DNA of 64,000 bases, from positions 29,193 through 93,192 of the IMG/VR virus record IMGVR_UViG_3300017917_004390. One strand, given 5' to 3'. This DNA comes from a virus. Positions 10,360-20,341 of this stretch are shown one piece after another (within the stretch, counting starts at the first letter, position 1; the number at the start of each line of letters is the position of its first letter). The translations under genes were made by a program, and so were the position numbers. Under the pieces are notes generated by a model. The model made no database searches and was not told the origin of the DNA. It was given only the letters and a program-made list of their open reading frames with translations.

Positions 10360-11271
10360 TTAAAAAATCAAAGGTCTTTTCGTTAAAATTATATTAGTTT
10401 CAATTCTATCATACATTTGTTCAAATACACCAATACCGTTAGAAGTTTTTAAAAATCTAAGTTTGTGATATATATCTGGATGTGCTTCTGAAATTAAATG
10501 TCTTTGAGAATCATCTTTGATGTTGAAATGATGTTTTACAACTTGTTCTCTTTTAAGCAGATTTTTTCTTTCGGAACTATGTTTGTATTTAACACCCCAA
10601 GATTTACTTCTATTAAATGTTGAAGATATTAAGCTATTTGAAACACCTAAGTATGCTAAATCGTTATCAATTACTGTTATCTTACAAAGTTTTTTTGGAA
10701 CACCAAGTTTATATTCTCGTTTTGCTGATTTACAGTAGAATTCTTTAATAACGTTATCTTTATACTTATGTTTATTTTTTAATTTTTCATAAATGTCCTT
10801 TTCTTTTGGATTATCAGTAAAATATGTCTCTAAGATTTGTTCTTCTTTTGTATATTTTTGATTTTTAATTAACAAAGCCTCCTTAGCTGTGAAAATTAAT
10901 TCTTTTAGATTTTTAATTTCATTTTTATACAAAATAAAACTATAACGGTTGATAATCTCATAATTACCTGTTAAGTTATAAAATTTCTTTCTTAACTTAT
11001 CCAAACCTATTAGAAAATAAACACCGTTATGATTTTTAGTTATTAAACCTAAATCCAATAAAATGTCAAAATTTCTGTTAAACGTTCTAATTGAAATGTC
11101 AAGATAATTTGAAACGTCCTCTTTTATTTTTTTATTTAATTTGAAATTCCCTGATGTACAAAAATTAATACCCACATACAATTTGTATGAGTTGAATAAC
11201 TTAGTACTACCACTCATAAAATGAGATGATAGACCAATAGGTATTTTTATGTAATCTTTATTAAATTTCAA
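10360..11271 (-). CDS. Basic protein with putative winged-helix DNA-binding domain
   Basis: 303 aa, TTG start, HTH-like segment LDISIRTFNRNFDILLDLGLI. Confidence 0.45.
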   Translation of the reverse strand: MKFNKDYIKIPIGLSSHFMSGSTKLFNSYKLYVGINFCTSGNFKLNKKIKEDVSNYLDISIRTFNRNFDILLDLGLITKNHNGVYFLIGLDKLRKKFYNLTGNYEIINRYSFILYKNEIKNLKELIFTAKEALLIKNQKYTKEEQILETYFTDNPKEKDIYEKLKNKHKYKDNVIKEFYCKSAKREYKLGVPKKLCKITVIDNDLAYLGVSNSLISSTFNRSKSWGVKYKHSSERKNLLKREQVVKHHFNIKDDSQRHLISEAHPDIYHKLRFLKTSNGIGVFEQMYDRIETNIILTKRPLIF

Positions 11272-11304
11272 ATTCCAATATTTTTACTAAGATACGATTT
11301 TTAT

Positions 11305-13935
11305 TTATCTTCCGTATTTATCTTTTTTAAGTTGTACTACAACTTCACGTGTAATTTTTTTAATAATTTTTTCATCGCCAATATCTATAGTGTTGTTAAT
11401 CACAAAATTAGCTTTCATTTTTTCATCAAATTGTACCTTCAAAGGTTCTTTAAGAATTTTTTGTAAATTGTCTAATTTATTACTTTCAAGCGTTTTAATA
11501 TCACTAATAAGACTTTGAATTGCAGCTGCTTTTTTAGTGTCTATATTTATAAAATCATTTAAAACTTTAATTTGATTTAAATTATTAAAATTAATTTTAC
11601 TAATATCATATAGTATTTTAGAGACAACACTAAGTTTATTTATACTTTCAAAAACACTGTTTATACTTGAGAAATTTTTAAAATCAATACTCATATCAGA
11701 TAAATCACCAAATGCTTCTGACAAATCAGAAATTTTAGATAGATTTAGACCTGATATATTATTTAAAGATTGATATATATTATTTAAATTTATTGGTATA
11801 TTGGGGTTACCTAATAAAGATAAATTTTTAGCTGCAAATCCAACGGCTGATGTCATCATCGTAAATTCTACCGCTAACAATGAAACAGTTGCTAATAAAG
11901 CACCAAAACCTAAAGCACCATAACCAGTTGCTAGTATAGCACCAAAACTTTCAGCTGCAACAGCAAGTATACCTGTAAAACCGATAATACCAATACCTAA
12001 TCTTGTTATAGTACCATTTAATAAATCTATTTGTTCAGGTGATAATTCTTTAAATGATTTGGCCATAGAACTAACACCCTCAGATGCCAATTTAAAACCA
12101 TAACCCATACCAATCGCTGCAACACCTAAACCAGCTAATTTTGCTGCCGAACCAAAACCGCCAAGCATCATATCTTTACCAGAACCTAACATACCACCAG
12201 CAGACCCGATAGAACTACTTGCTTTTGATAATGGTAATATTTTACTTAATAAGTTTGAAAATTTACCAGTAAAAATATTTAACATACCACCAAAACCAGC
12301 AAACACAGCTTTAAGAAGACCAGCACCAGTTATAATACCAGCAATCATAGCAATAGCCACACCTTTGCTACCAAAAGTTTCTTTTATTGATGTAGTAGCG
12401 GTCCTAAGTGTGGATAAACTACTATTAAGTAATTCAATAACAGGTAATAACAAACTTTTGGTTTCTTCAACTAAATCAGATAAAGCTTCATTAAAACTTC
12501 TACTATCAACAGCCCTATCCTCAAGCGTTTTTTGTTGAGCGTCAAACAATTTCAATTGTTCTTTTGTTAAGTCTTTAAGAGCGACTTCATTACCATCAAT
12601 TTTAATAACAGCAACACCATTTCTTTTTGATGATAATTCAGCCAAATTAGCTAACATTTCTCTTTGTTTTTCATTACCAATAAATATCTGACTCTTATTA
12701 AAATTAACTTGTGCCGCTTTTTTTGCTGCCTCAGTTAGTTCATTTAAAGGTATTGAAGTCGCCTCAGCAACAGCACGTAATCTATCAAAATCAATATCAC
12801 TTATTTTATCAAATGAATTAGTTTCTTTGTTAAAACTAGCGATATTTGATGTTAGTTTACCCAATTCTTTATTAAACTCAGCCGGATTATTTCTAGCTAA
12901 AAATGAAAATTTAAATGGGTCAATTTTAGCGAATTCACCACCTAAAACCATTAGTTGTGCTGAAGCATCTAACATACCTTCAATAGTTCTAAATTTTTCA
13001 ATAACTGAAAAAGTAGAATTCATTGAAATTCTTGTTTGTTCAGCAAACTGAGCTAATTTTTTGAAATCTTCAATACCATTTTGAAATCTAAACTTTTTAT
13101 ATTGTTCTAAATTTTGAGATATATTTTTTAAAATTTTACCTGAATTTAACCCTAAACTATCAAATTCATTAACAGAGTTTTCTATACCAGTTTTAATATC
13201 GTTAACACCATAACCCATTAAACTAAATTCACCTACTAATTTAGATGCCTCATCAACCCCTAAACTAGTACCTTTAGCTATTGCAACGATATTTTTTAGT
13301 TGGTCTGATGTATAATTCCTAGTTAAACCATTTATATCAGCAATATTTTGTTGTATTTTAACAACATCTTCCAATCTACCACCCATTTCAGCAATAAGGA
13401 TATTAGTATTGAAGGTTTCATTTTTAATATTAGAAGCTGATACGCCTGAATCACCAAAATTTAGAATTAATTGTTTTGTTAATTCATCGGCTTTATTAAG
13501 ATAACTCCATAATTCAGATACAGCAAATGTTGTAGCTGCAAATGCTATTAAGTTTGTTTGTAATGATGTACCAATTGATTTTGTCAATGAAACATTTTCT
13601 TGTAAAACACTAATTGAACGTTCATTTAATCTAAGAGTTTTTTGAACAGTTTCATAGTGCCTTTCCAATTCAGCTAAACGTCTTTTTTCTATTTCACTTA
13701 ACTGTTGTTCATTAGCTTTATATTCTTCAATTGAATCACTTAGAGCTGAAATATACTCATTCATTTTTTTCTGCGACTTAATCATTTGATTAAGTTCTTT
13801 TTTTGCAGAAAAATAACCTTTCAGTGTTGATGATTGTTGTTCTAAAATACTAGACAGTTTTTCTTCAAGCTCAATTTGTTCTTGAACTGCACGAATATTC
13901 TCATATCTTTTATTTAATTCATCACCAATAGCCAT
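11305..13935 (-). CDS. Tail tape measure protein
   Basis: 876 aa, coiled-coil N-terminus, Ala/Gly-rich hydrophobic central segments, near the gp26-like gene. Confidence 0.8.
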   Translation of the reverse strand: MAIGDELNKRYENIRAVQEQIELEEKLSSILEQQSSTLKGYFSAKKELNQMIKSQKKMNEYISALSDSIEEYKANEQQLSEIEKRRLAELERHYETVQKTLRLNERSISVLQENVSLTKSIGTSLQTNLIAFAATTFAVSELWSYLNKADELTKQLILNFGDSGVSASNIKNETFNTNILIAEMGGRLEDVVKIQQNIADINGLTRNYTSDQLKNIVAIAKGTSLGVDEASKLVGEFSLMGYGVNDIKTGIENSVNEFDSLGLNSGKILKNISQNLEQYKKFRFQNGIEDFKKLAQFAEQTRISMNSTFSVIEKFRTIEGMLDASAQLMVLGGEFAKIDPFKFSFLARNNPAEFNKELGKLTSNIASFNKETNSFDKISDIDFDRLRAVAEATSIPLNELTEAAKKAAQVNFNKSQIFIGNEKQREMLANLAELSSKRNGVAVIKIDGNEVALKDLTKEQLKLFDAQQKTLEDRAVDSRSFNEALSDLVEETKSLLLPVIELLNSSLSTLRTATTSIKETFGSKGVAIAMIAGIITGAGLLKAVFAGFGGMLNIFTGKFSNLLSKILPLSKASSSIGSAGGMLGSGKDMMLGGFGSAAKLAGLGVAAIGMGYGFKLASEGVSSMAKSFKELSPEQIDLLNGTITRLGIGIIGFTGILAVAAESFGAILATGYGALGFGALLATVSLLAVEFTMMTSAVGFAAKNLSLLGNPNIPINLNNIYQSLNNISGLNLSKISDLSEAFGDLSDMSIDFKNFSSINSVFESINKLSVVSKILYDISKINFNNLNQIKVLNDFINIDTKKAAAIQSLISDIKTLESNKLDNLQKILKEPLKVQFDEKMKANFVINNTIDIGDEKIIKKITREVVVQLKKDKYGR

Positions 13936-14834
13936 TATACTACAATATGAAAGGTTTGAACATCTAATCTTATATTATTAAACTTATGTTGAGTATTATT
14001 TCTATCACTATAAATAATTTCATTTACAGTATAAGCATTAGGTGAAGTAATGACTTTAGAAATATCAAAAATAACTTTTTCGTTGTTACCTGATTTACCG
14101 ATTATATATTTAAATTTACCATTATTTGGTACAATTCTTACTGGTCTATTAACAATATAACCAGAATTCAAGAATTTAGCCATTTTCTTAAAATCAGTAT
14201 TATTATTATAAATACTATTAGAACTACTAGCTACTATATTAATTGAATACATAATTTCAGAGGAAGTATCTTCAATCTCATACGCATCTGAAATACTAAC
14301 AACATAACACACCCAATTTTTTTCATTTTCTTGGATTGTTTTTAAATTTTTAATAGTTGGATTTCTTAAATCATTTTGTGTTATATTATCATAAGTTAAA
14401 TCATAATAATAAGCATTTTTAATTGTTTTTTGTTGGATTTTATTTTCAATATCAACAGCTACCATCCCACCGTTTCTTGTTGGTTGATACAATTGTAAAG
14501 ATATTTTATTTCTTAACTGTTGAGGTGTTATTCTATTATCACCAATAAAATTATACGGAGCTAAATTTATTATATTTTGTTCAATAGTAAAAATAAAATT
14601 ACCATTTAAATAAACTCCTTTTGGAAAATCAACTGGATTATTACTATTTTGTGAAGCTGCAACAACATAATTGTTATAACTATTTCTATCTAAAAAGATA
14701 AAACCAAATTTTCTATAATTTGAAAAATTATCAATATTACCTATTTTATCAATAGTTTGATTACCTAACTTTCTAGTTGAATCATTAAAATCCTTATATA
14801 AAGTGTGTAATTTACTTGCTTCTAAAATTTTCAT
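13935..14834 (-). CDS. Hypothetical protein
   Basis: 299 aa ORF coupled to the tape measure gene. Confidence 0.6.
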   Translation of the reverse strand: MKILEASKLHTLYKDFNDSTRKLGNQTIDKIGNIDNFSNYRKFGFIFLDRNSYNNYVVAASQNSNNPVDFPKGVYLNGNFIFTIEQNIINLAPYNFIGDNRITPQQLRNKISLQLYQPTRNGGMVAVDIENKIQQKTIKNAYYYDLTYDNITQNDLRNPTIKNLKTIQENEKNWVCYVVSISDAYEIEDTSSEIMYSINIVASSSNSIYNNNTDFKKMAKFLNSGYIVNRPVRIVPNNGKFKYIIGKSGNNEKVIFDISKVITSPNAYTVNEIIYSDRNNTQHKFNNIRLDVQTFHIVV

Positions 14835-14850
14835 TTTTAATATAATTAGT

Positions 14851-14878
14851 AAAAAAAAATCCGTATTACTACGGATTT
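14851..14878 (-). terminator. Intrinsic terminator
   Basis: aaatccgta-ttac-tacggattt stem with a T9 tail on the minus strand. Confidence 0.7.
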
Positions 14879-15126
14879 CTTATTTTATCATATTCAGCCT
14901 TTTCTTTCATTTTTTCTTCGTATAATGTATTGTGTATATATTTCCTTTCATATGTAGGCATTAAATATTTAACAGCTTGATAATCATAATTTCTAAGAGA
15001 AACTAAGTTATCAATTTCTCTAACTAATAGTTCTTCGTAATTAGAATCTTGGATAAAAAAACTTAGGGCCGAGGCGAAATTTACTACGAAAAAATTCTCC
15101 GTTTTCACTTTGAAACTCATATTCAA
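14869..15126 (-). CDS. Small baseplate/tail assembly protein (gp51-like), possibly made by frameshift from the upstream gene
   Basis: LMPTYERKY motif; overlaps the upstream gene; true start unclear. Confidence 0.5.
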   Translation of the reverse strand: MNMSFKVKTENFFVVNFASALSFFIQDSNYEELLVREIDNLVSLRNYDYQAVKYLMPTYERKYIHNTLYEEKMKEKAEYDKIRNP

Positions 15127-15847
15127 GTTTATACTTTGGTTCAGCTGATAACATATTTAATCTTAAATCAGCAATATCACTTGGATTACTTTTAGTGATG
15201 TATTCACGAATAATAACGGGGTCATTTGTTGTTTGATTTGATTTAACACTTTCAATCATAATTACTCTACCAATTACTTCTTCAATTAACTCAAACAAAT
15301 CATCAGTATTTTTTAAAGTTTTACGCCTTTTTTCAATTTTCTCATCTAAATCGTCAGTTTCTTTTTTATTTAATATTCTATATGTAATAACATCTTTTTG
15401 TTTAGGTAGTGTAAAACTATAAAATCCATTAACATCACTTTCAATTTCAGCATCTAAAAATTGAATTTTATTAATATCGATAGTTTGTTTTATTTTTTTA
15501 TCAGTAAATGGGTCAATAACTTCCACTTCAACCTCAGGTCCATAAGCTGTTATTCTAAGATGAAATAAAATTGCATCAATATCGCATTGCATTAAATTAT
15601 TTATATCAAATTCACCACCATTATGTTTAAAGAAAGAATCTTTAACTTTTCGTTTAAGAAGATTTTCAATATTTTTACCACTTGATAAATGTTTTAGTGA
15701 TACTAAATATTGTTCATCAATAGCTGTCATATCTTCAACTGATACCGTATCAAATTCATAAAACCTTTTGTTAGATGGTAATTTAACTTGGTCAGTCATA
15801 ATAACTGGCATAAAAGCTTGTTTATTAAATGTGCCTATATTTTCCAT
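15041..15847 (-). CDS. Baseplate hub assembly protein (T4 gp26-like)
   Basis: VKLPS, DMTAIDE, DIDAILFHLRITAYG and terminal FFYP motifs; upstream of the tape measure gene. Confidence 0.7.
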   Translation of the reverse strand: MENIGTFNKQAFMPVIMTDQVKLPSNKRFYEFDTVSVEDMTAIDEQYLVSLKHLSSGKNIENLLKRKVKDSFFKHNGGEFDINNLMQCDIDAILFHLRITAYGPEVEVEVIDPFTDKKIKQTIDINKIQFLDAEIESDVNGFYSFTLPKQKDVITYRILNKKETDDLDEKIEKRRKTLKNTDDLFELIEEVIGRVIMIESVKSNQTTNDPVIIREYITKSNPSDIADLRLNMLSAEPKYKLEYEFQSENGEFFRSKFRLGPKFFYPRF

Positions 15848-15897
15848 AAATTTTTTATAATATAATACGTTTTATCTATTTATAATAAAAATTAAAT

Positions 15898-16740
15898 ATG
15901 AATAAGCTACCACAAATTAACGAACAAAATATAGAACGTATCTTAACTGAATTGTACAACCAAAATATACCTATGGAAGTTGTGACTGAACAACCTAAGA
16001 AAATGATACCAATTCAAAGAACGGTTAGTAAATCAAAAGTTAATGAATTTTATGAAAAAATTGATAATAATGAAGACTTACCACATAGTTGGATAGATAA
16101 AGATAATAATATTATTGACGGTCATAATAGAAATTTCGCTTATAAAAATCACCCTGATGTTGAAAGTGCTTCATATATAAAAATATGTTTACCAAAGGAT
16201 GAAGCTATAAATATTTTAAACAAAATTATTGATAGAATTAACTTTGAAGATGAATATGCGATAAACCCTAAAACTGCTATCTATGGGACTGACAATAATC
16301 TGAATGAGATTAAACAAATTGAATCTTCTAAAAATATAGATGATGAAATTGAATATCCAAATGAATATGAAAAAATCTACGAATTGTATAGTTCAAAAGA
16401 GTTCACACCTAGAGTAAAATCTGCCGGTGGAATATTTATGTTAATGAGAAAAACTGATACTCATAGATTTAAAAATAAAATACAATTTGATAATCTAATG
16501 GAATTAAGTTCAGTTGAAATACAAGGGTTTACCCCAGTTACTAGATGTGCATTATATAAATTAGATGGTAGATTCATTGAAAAAGATAGTAAAGCTGAAA
16601 TAAAAGAAATGGCTAATGCCAAAGGTATTAGTGAAGAACAATATATTCGTGAATTAGTTAATACATTAGCATATCACCAAGGATATGATGGAATTAAATA
16701 TGACGATATGTTCATTCAAATTATAACACCAAATAAATAA
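15898..16740 (+). CDS. ParB/Srx N-terminal-like domain protein
   Basis: IPIQ...WIDKDNNIIDGHNR motif. Confidence 0.55.
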   Translation: MNKLPQINEQNIERILTELYNQNIPMEVVTEQPKKMIPIQRTVSKSKVNEFYEKIDNNEDLPHSWIDKDNNIIDGHNRNFAYKNHPDVESASYIKICLPKDEAINILNKIIDRINFEDEYAINPKTAIYGTDNNLNEIKQIESSKNIDDEIEYPNEYEKIYELYSSKEFTPRVKSAGGIFMLMRKTDTHRFKNKIQFDNLMELSSVEIQGFTPVTRCALYKLDGRFIEKDSKAEIKEMANAKGISEEQYIRELVNTLAYHQGYDGIKYDDMFIQIITPNK

Positions 16741-17114
16741 TGATATCTATAAAATATCCAATAAAGGATTCTCCTGATGATAAATTGTTTGATTTAAACA
16801 AACTATCAATTGATGATGTAAAATCATCAATATACTTTGTATTGTCAACTAGAAAAGGTGAAAGATGGATGAATCCAGATTTTGGTTGTGATTTTTATGA
16901 ATACTTATTTGATTTAAATGACCAAATAAGTTATGACTCTATCATTAATTCTATTAAAAGGGATATTAAAAGTTTTGTAAGTAATGTTGAAATTTCTAAT
17001 GTTGAAATACTACCCGATTATAATGAAAAACTTATTGACATTAGAATAATTTTTTCATATAGTGAAGCCAACTCAGTTAAACAAGATACGTTATTATATA
17101 CTATTCAACTTTAA
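16740..17114 (+). CDS. gp25: Baseplate wedge / sheath initiator, gp25 family
   Basis: LSTRKGERWMNPDFGCD signature, 124 aa. Confidence 0.9.
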   Translation: MISIKYPIKDSPDDKLFDLNKLSIDDVKSSIYFVLSTRKGERWMNPDFGCDFYEYLFDLNDQISYDSIINSIKRDIKSFVSNVEISNVEILPDYNEKLIDIRIIFSYSEANSVKQDTLLYTIQL

Positions 17115-17137
17115 TAACGTATTTTATTTAAAAAAGT

Positions 17138-18607
17138 ATGAAAAAATTAAATGTGCTTATCACCAACATGGATGTTCATGGGGTTAATTTTTATCGTTCA
17201 GAACAACCAGCAATAGCTTTATCTGATTATTTTGATGATTTAATTAATGTTGAATATACTAAAGAAGTTGATTGGAATGACGATACGTTCCTTAAACAAT
17301 TTGATATAATCCATTCACATAGAACATTTACTAATGATTATAGTAAAATGCCTGAACTTGTTGCTAAATTAAGAAGTTTTGGTATTATAACAATTTTAGA
17401 TATAGATGATTATTGGGAAGTTTCAAAAGAACACCCAATGTATCATATGATTAAAATGGAAAATTTTGATGTTAATATTAAAAATAATTTAAAACTTGTT
17501 GATTATATAACAACAACTACACCAGTTTTTGCTGAATATATTAAACCTTATAATAAAAATGTTTTTGTTATTGAAAATGGTATTAATGATTTATTAGATG
17601 AATTCAAATTTTCAACAGATAAATGTAGTAAAGATAAACTAAGACTTATGTACTTAGCTGGTTCATCACACTTACAAGATTTAAATTTAGTTAAAGATAG
17701 TTTTACTAGATTATGTAATGATAAAACATTAGAAAATAAATTTCAATTACATTTAGCTGGATTTGACCTTAGAGGTAATACTTCAAACTACAATATAAAT
17801 CCTGATTTAATAAGAGTGTTACAAGCTAGAAAATTAACTACACCTGAAATAAATAAAAAATTATTGGCAGTTAATTATAACCTAGATAAAATATCTGAAA
17901 TACCTGATGATATTAAAGAAAGATTTAGAGGTAAATCAATTATTAAAGAAACAAAAGATATTAAACCTTATGAAACTGTTTGGGCTAGATACGAGGAAAT
18001 ATTTACTAATAATTATAACCTAATTAAAGACCCTGAATATTTAAAATATCTTAAAAAATTTGATTTAGATACTAAGTATCCAAATACTGAAAAACAGGAT
18101 TATATTAGACATAAAACCAAAGGTTTATACTCATTTGCTAAAAACTATCAATTCGCTGATATAGCTATTGCACCGATTAAAACGTATGGTGATGTATCAA
18201 AAGATACACCAGATAATAGATACCAATTTGCTAAATCAAACCTAAAAGTTATTGAAGCTGCTTTTCATAAAGTTCCGGTAATAGCATCTAATGTACCAAT
18301 TTATAACTTTGATAAAGATTGGGTTGATGGTTATAATATTTTATTTATTGACTCTGATAGACAAGAAAAAGACTGGTATAAAAAAATTAAATATTGTATT
18401 AATAATCCTGAGTATGTTAAGGAATTAGGTGAAAATGCTTACAAAACAGCTGTTAAAAAATACCATGTAAAAACTCTAGCGGAAAAAAGAATGAACTTCT
18501 ATAATGAATTATTTCAAAATAAAGAACTTATTCATGCAGAGAAAAATATCAAACCAAAAGAAGAAACTAAACCAAATAATCTCTTAAAATTATTAAAAAG
18601 AAAATAA
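17138..18607 (+). CDS. Glycosyltransferase (GT-B fold, GT4-like)
   Basis: GVNFYRS, DIDDYW, GSSHLQDL, DIAIAP and KSNLKVIEAA...PVIAS motifs. Confidence 0.8.
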   Translation: MKKLNVLITNMDVHGVNFYRSEQPAIALSDYFDDLINVEYTKEVDWNDDTFLKQFDIIHSHRTFTNDYSKMPELVAKLRSFGIITILDIDDYWEVSKEHPMYHMIKMENFDVNIKNNLKLVDYITTTTPVFAEYIKPYNKNVFVIENGINDLLDEFKFSTDKCSKDKLRLMYLAGSSHLQDLNLVKDSFTRLCNDKTLENKFQLHLAGFDLRGNTSNYNINPDLIRVLQARKLTTPEINKKLLAVNYNLDKISEIPDDIKERFRGKSIIKETKDIKPYETVWARYEEIFTNNYNLIKDPEYLKYLKKFDLDTKYPNTEKQDYIRHKTKGLYSFAKNYQFADIAIAPIKTYGDVSKDTPDNRYQFAKSNLKVIEAAFHKVPVIASNVPIYNFDKDWVDGYNILFIDSDRQEKDWYKKIKYCINNPEYVKELGENAYKTAVKKYHVKTLAEKRMNFYNELFQNKELIHAEKNIKPKEETKPNNLLKLLKRK

Positions 18608-19068
18608 TGGAAACCAACTCAAAAATTTTTAATTTAAAATTCAAAGATGGTAATGATTTTCAATTATCAGTAGACCCATTTGACCCTTTAGAATATACTA
18701 ATGATGAATGGGATGGTAAATTTGATATTAAAACCAAAGATATGACTGATGATGAGTATAGAGAATACTCTAAAAATAAGATTATTGAGAATGGTCTTTC
18801 AGAAGGTAGATTATTATTAGAAGATTCTTTTTTAATGCATATTGATAATCCTTACTGTTTGAATATTATTGAAGCAAAGAAAAAAAATGGACTAACTACT
18901 GTTGCAACAAATATTAGTCCTGATACACCTGAATTGGAGTTAATTTCTTTAATTAAAGATGAAAATATTAATCCTCCCACAGATGAAGTAATAACTGAAT
19001 TAAAAACTTTTATTAGTAATTCAAATAATATTACACCTGAACTTTTAGATAAATTAAAAAATTTATAA
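18607..19068 (+). CDS. Hypothetical protein
   Basis: 153 aa coupled ORF. Confidence 0.6.
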   Translation: METNSKIFNLKFKDGNDFQLSVDPFDPLEYTNDEWDGKFDIKTKDMTDDEYREYSKNKIIENGLSEGRLLLEDSFLMHIDNPYCLNIIEAKKKNGLTTVATNISPDTPELELISLIKDENINPPTDEVITELKTFISNSNNITPELLDKLKNL

Positions 19069-19069
19069 T

Positions 19070-19957
19070 ATGGATATAAATACATTTTTAAAAAAACTAG
19101 CTTCATTACCTGAAAATATAAGAGATGGTTTTATAACACAACTAACGAATCTTTCAACAGCTGCGGCTGCATCTGAAACTGATTTATTAAAAGCACAAGC
19201 CAAAGCTTTGTCAACCGAAACAAAACAAACCCATAAGATTTATAACAATAAACATCAGTTTGTTTTAGACATGAAAGAGGGTCGTTTAAATGAAGAATAT
19301 GTTAAACATTATTACGCTGTTTTAAATTTAGCCGAAGAAATTGCTGGTAGAATGAATCCCGATAATTTTGATTTTACAAGCTATATGAATGAAAATGATA
19401 GTAACGCTAAATTAATCCTAGATAGAGATGGTAATTCAACTCAAACTTATGACTATGGTGATGGTAAAGTTAATTACGGCGATAAATCTAAAAACTTTTT
19501 TAATGATGCTGAATATTTTAAACGACAGAATGTTCGTAATTTTCAAAATAAAACCCCTGTAATTAGTGTACAAAATAAAAAAATTATAACTAATGTTGGT
19601 TCTGGAATAGAAGAACAACTAGGGTTATATTCAAACACAATTAAAAAAGAGGTTTTTAAAAACGTAATTTTAAATGGTTGTTTCAATCCAAATTATAGTA
19701 ATTTAATAACATCAGTTAATGTTTTTGAAATACCAAATTCAACTTTATATAATGTTGAAATAAACACAAATATTTCAAGTTATCAATATAAAGATACTGA
19801 AGAAATTCTAAAAGCTTTATTACATACTAGTGTTATTTTGAAATACCAACCAAAATATGATGATATACAAAACTACATTTTTTTACTTAAAAGCGAATTA
19901 AGTGTAGGGGTTTATGCTAATAATTACTATATAAAAGGTGAATATAAATTAAATTAA
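19070..19957 (+). CDS. Hypothetical protein
   Basis: 295 aa ORF. Confidence 0.65.
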   Translation: MDINTFLKKLASLPENIRDGFITQLTNLSTAAAASETDLLKAQAKALSTETKQTHKIYNNKHQFVLDMKEGRLNEEYVKHYYAVLNLAEEIAGRMNPDNFDFTSYMNENDSNAKLILDRDGNSTQTYDYGDGKVNYGDKSKNFFNDAEYFKRQNVRNFQNKTPVISVQNKKIITNVGSGIEEQLGLYSNTIKKEVFKNVILNGCFNPNYSNLITSVNVFEIPNSTLYNVEINTNISSYQYKDTEEILKALLHTSVILKYQPKYDDIQNYIFLLKSELSVGVYANNYYIKGEYKLN

Positions 19958-20040
19958 TAAAATAATGTCTAATTAAACACTATTATTATGGAAAATAAAC
20001 GTAAAAATTTTTTAAGAATATTTACTGATTGGTTAAGAAA

Positions 20041-20304
20041 TTAAATGTTAGGGGTTTCTATGTTGTCTTTATTAGTGAAATTTTTTAGACCTAGTAAAGC
20101 CATTAGAAACCCAAAACATTCACCTAATAAAATATGGTCAATTTCTTGTTTAGTAATCATAATACTAATACATTTGTAAAGTAAAAATACTAAGAACAAA
20201 AAGAAAACATTTCCAATTATTTTAGTTTGACTAATTTTGTTTGAATTAGAATCTCTGTTTGTATCAAAAATGAATTTTTTTATGAAATTGATTAACTGTA
20301 CCAT
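20041..20304 (-). CDS. Small two-TM membrane protein (holin-like)
   Basis: Two hydrophobic helices; has its own CTATTTAT motif at 20326-20333. Confidence 0.5.
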   Translation of the reverse strand: MVQLINFIKKFIFDTNRDSNSNKISQTKIIGNVFFLFLVFLLYKCISIMITKQEIDHILLGECFGFLMALLGLKNFTNKDNIETPNI

Positions 20305-20316
20305 AATATAATTTGT

Positions 20317-20333
20317 CTATTTATAATAAATAG
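20317..20333. promoter_or_regulatory. Palindromic pair of putative late-promoter motifs between divergent genes
   Basis: Perfect inverted repeat CTATTTAT-A-ATAAATAG. Confidence 0.55.
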
Positions 20334-20341
20334 AAAAATAG

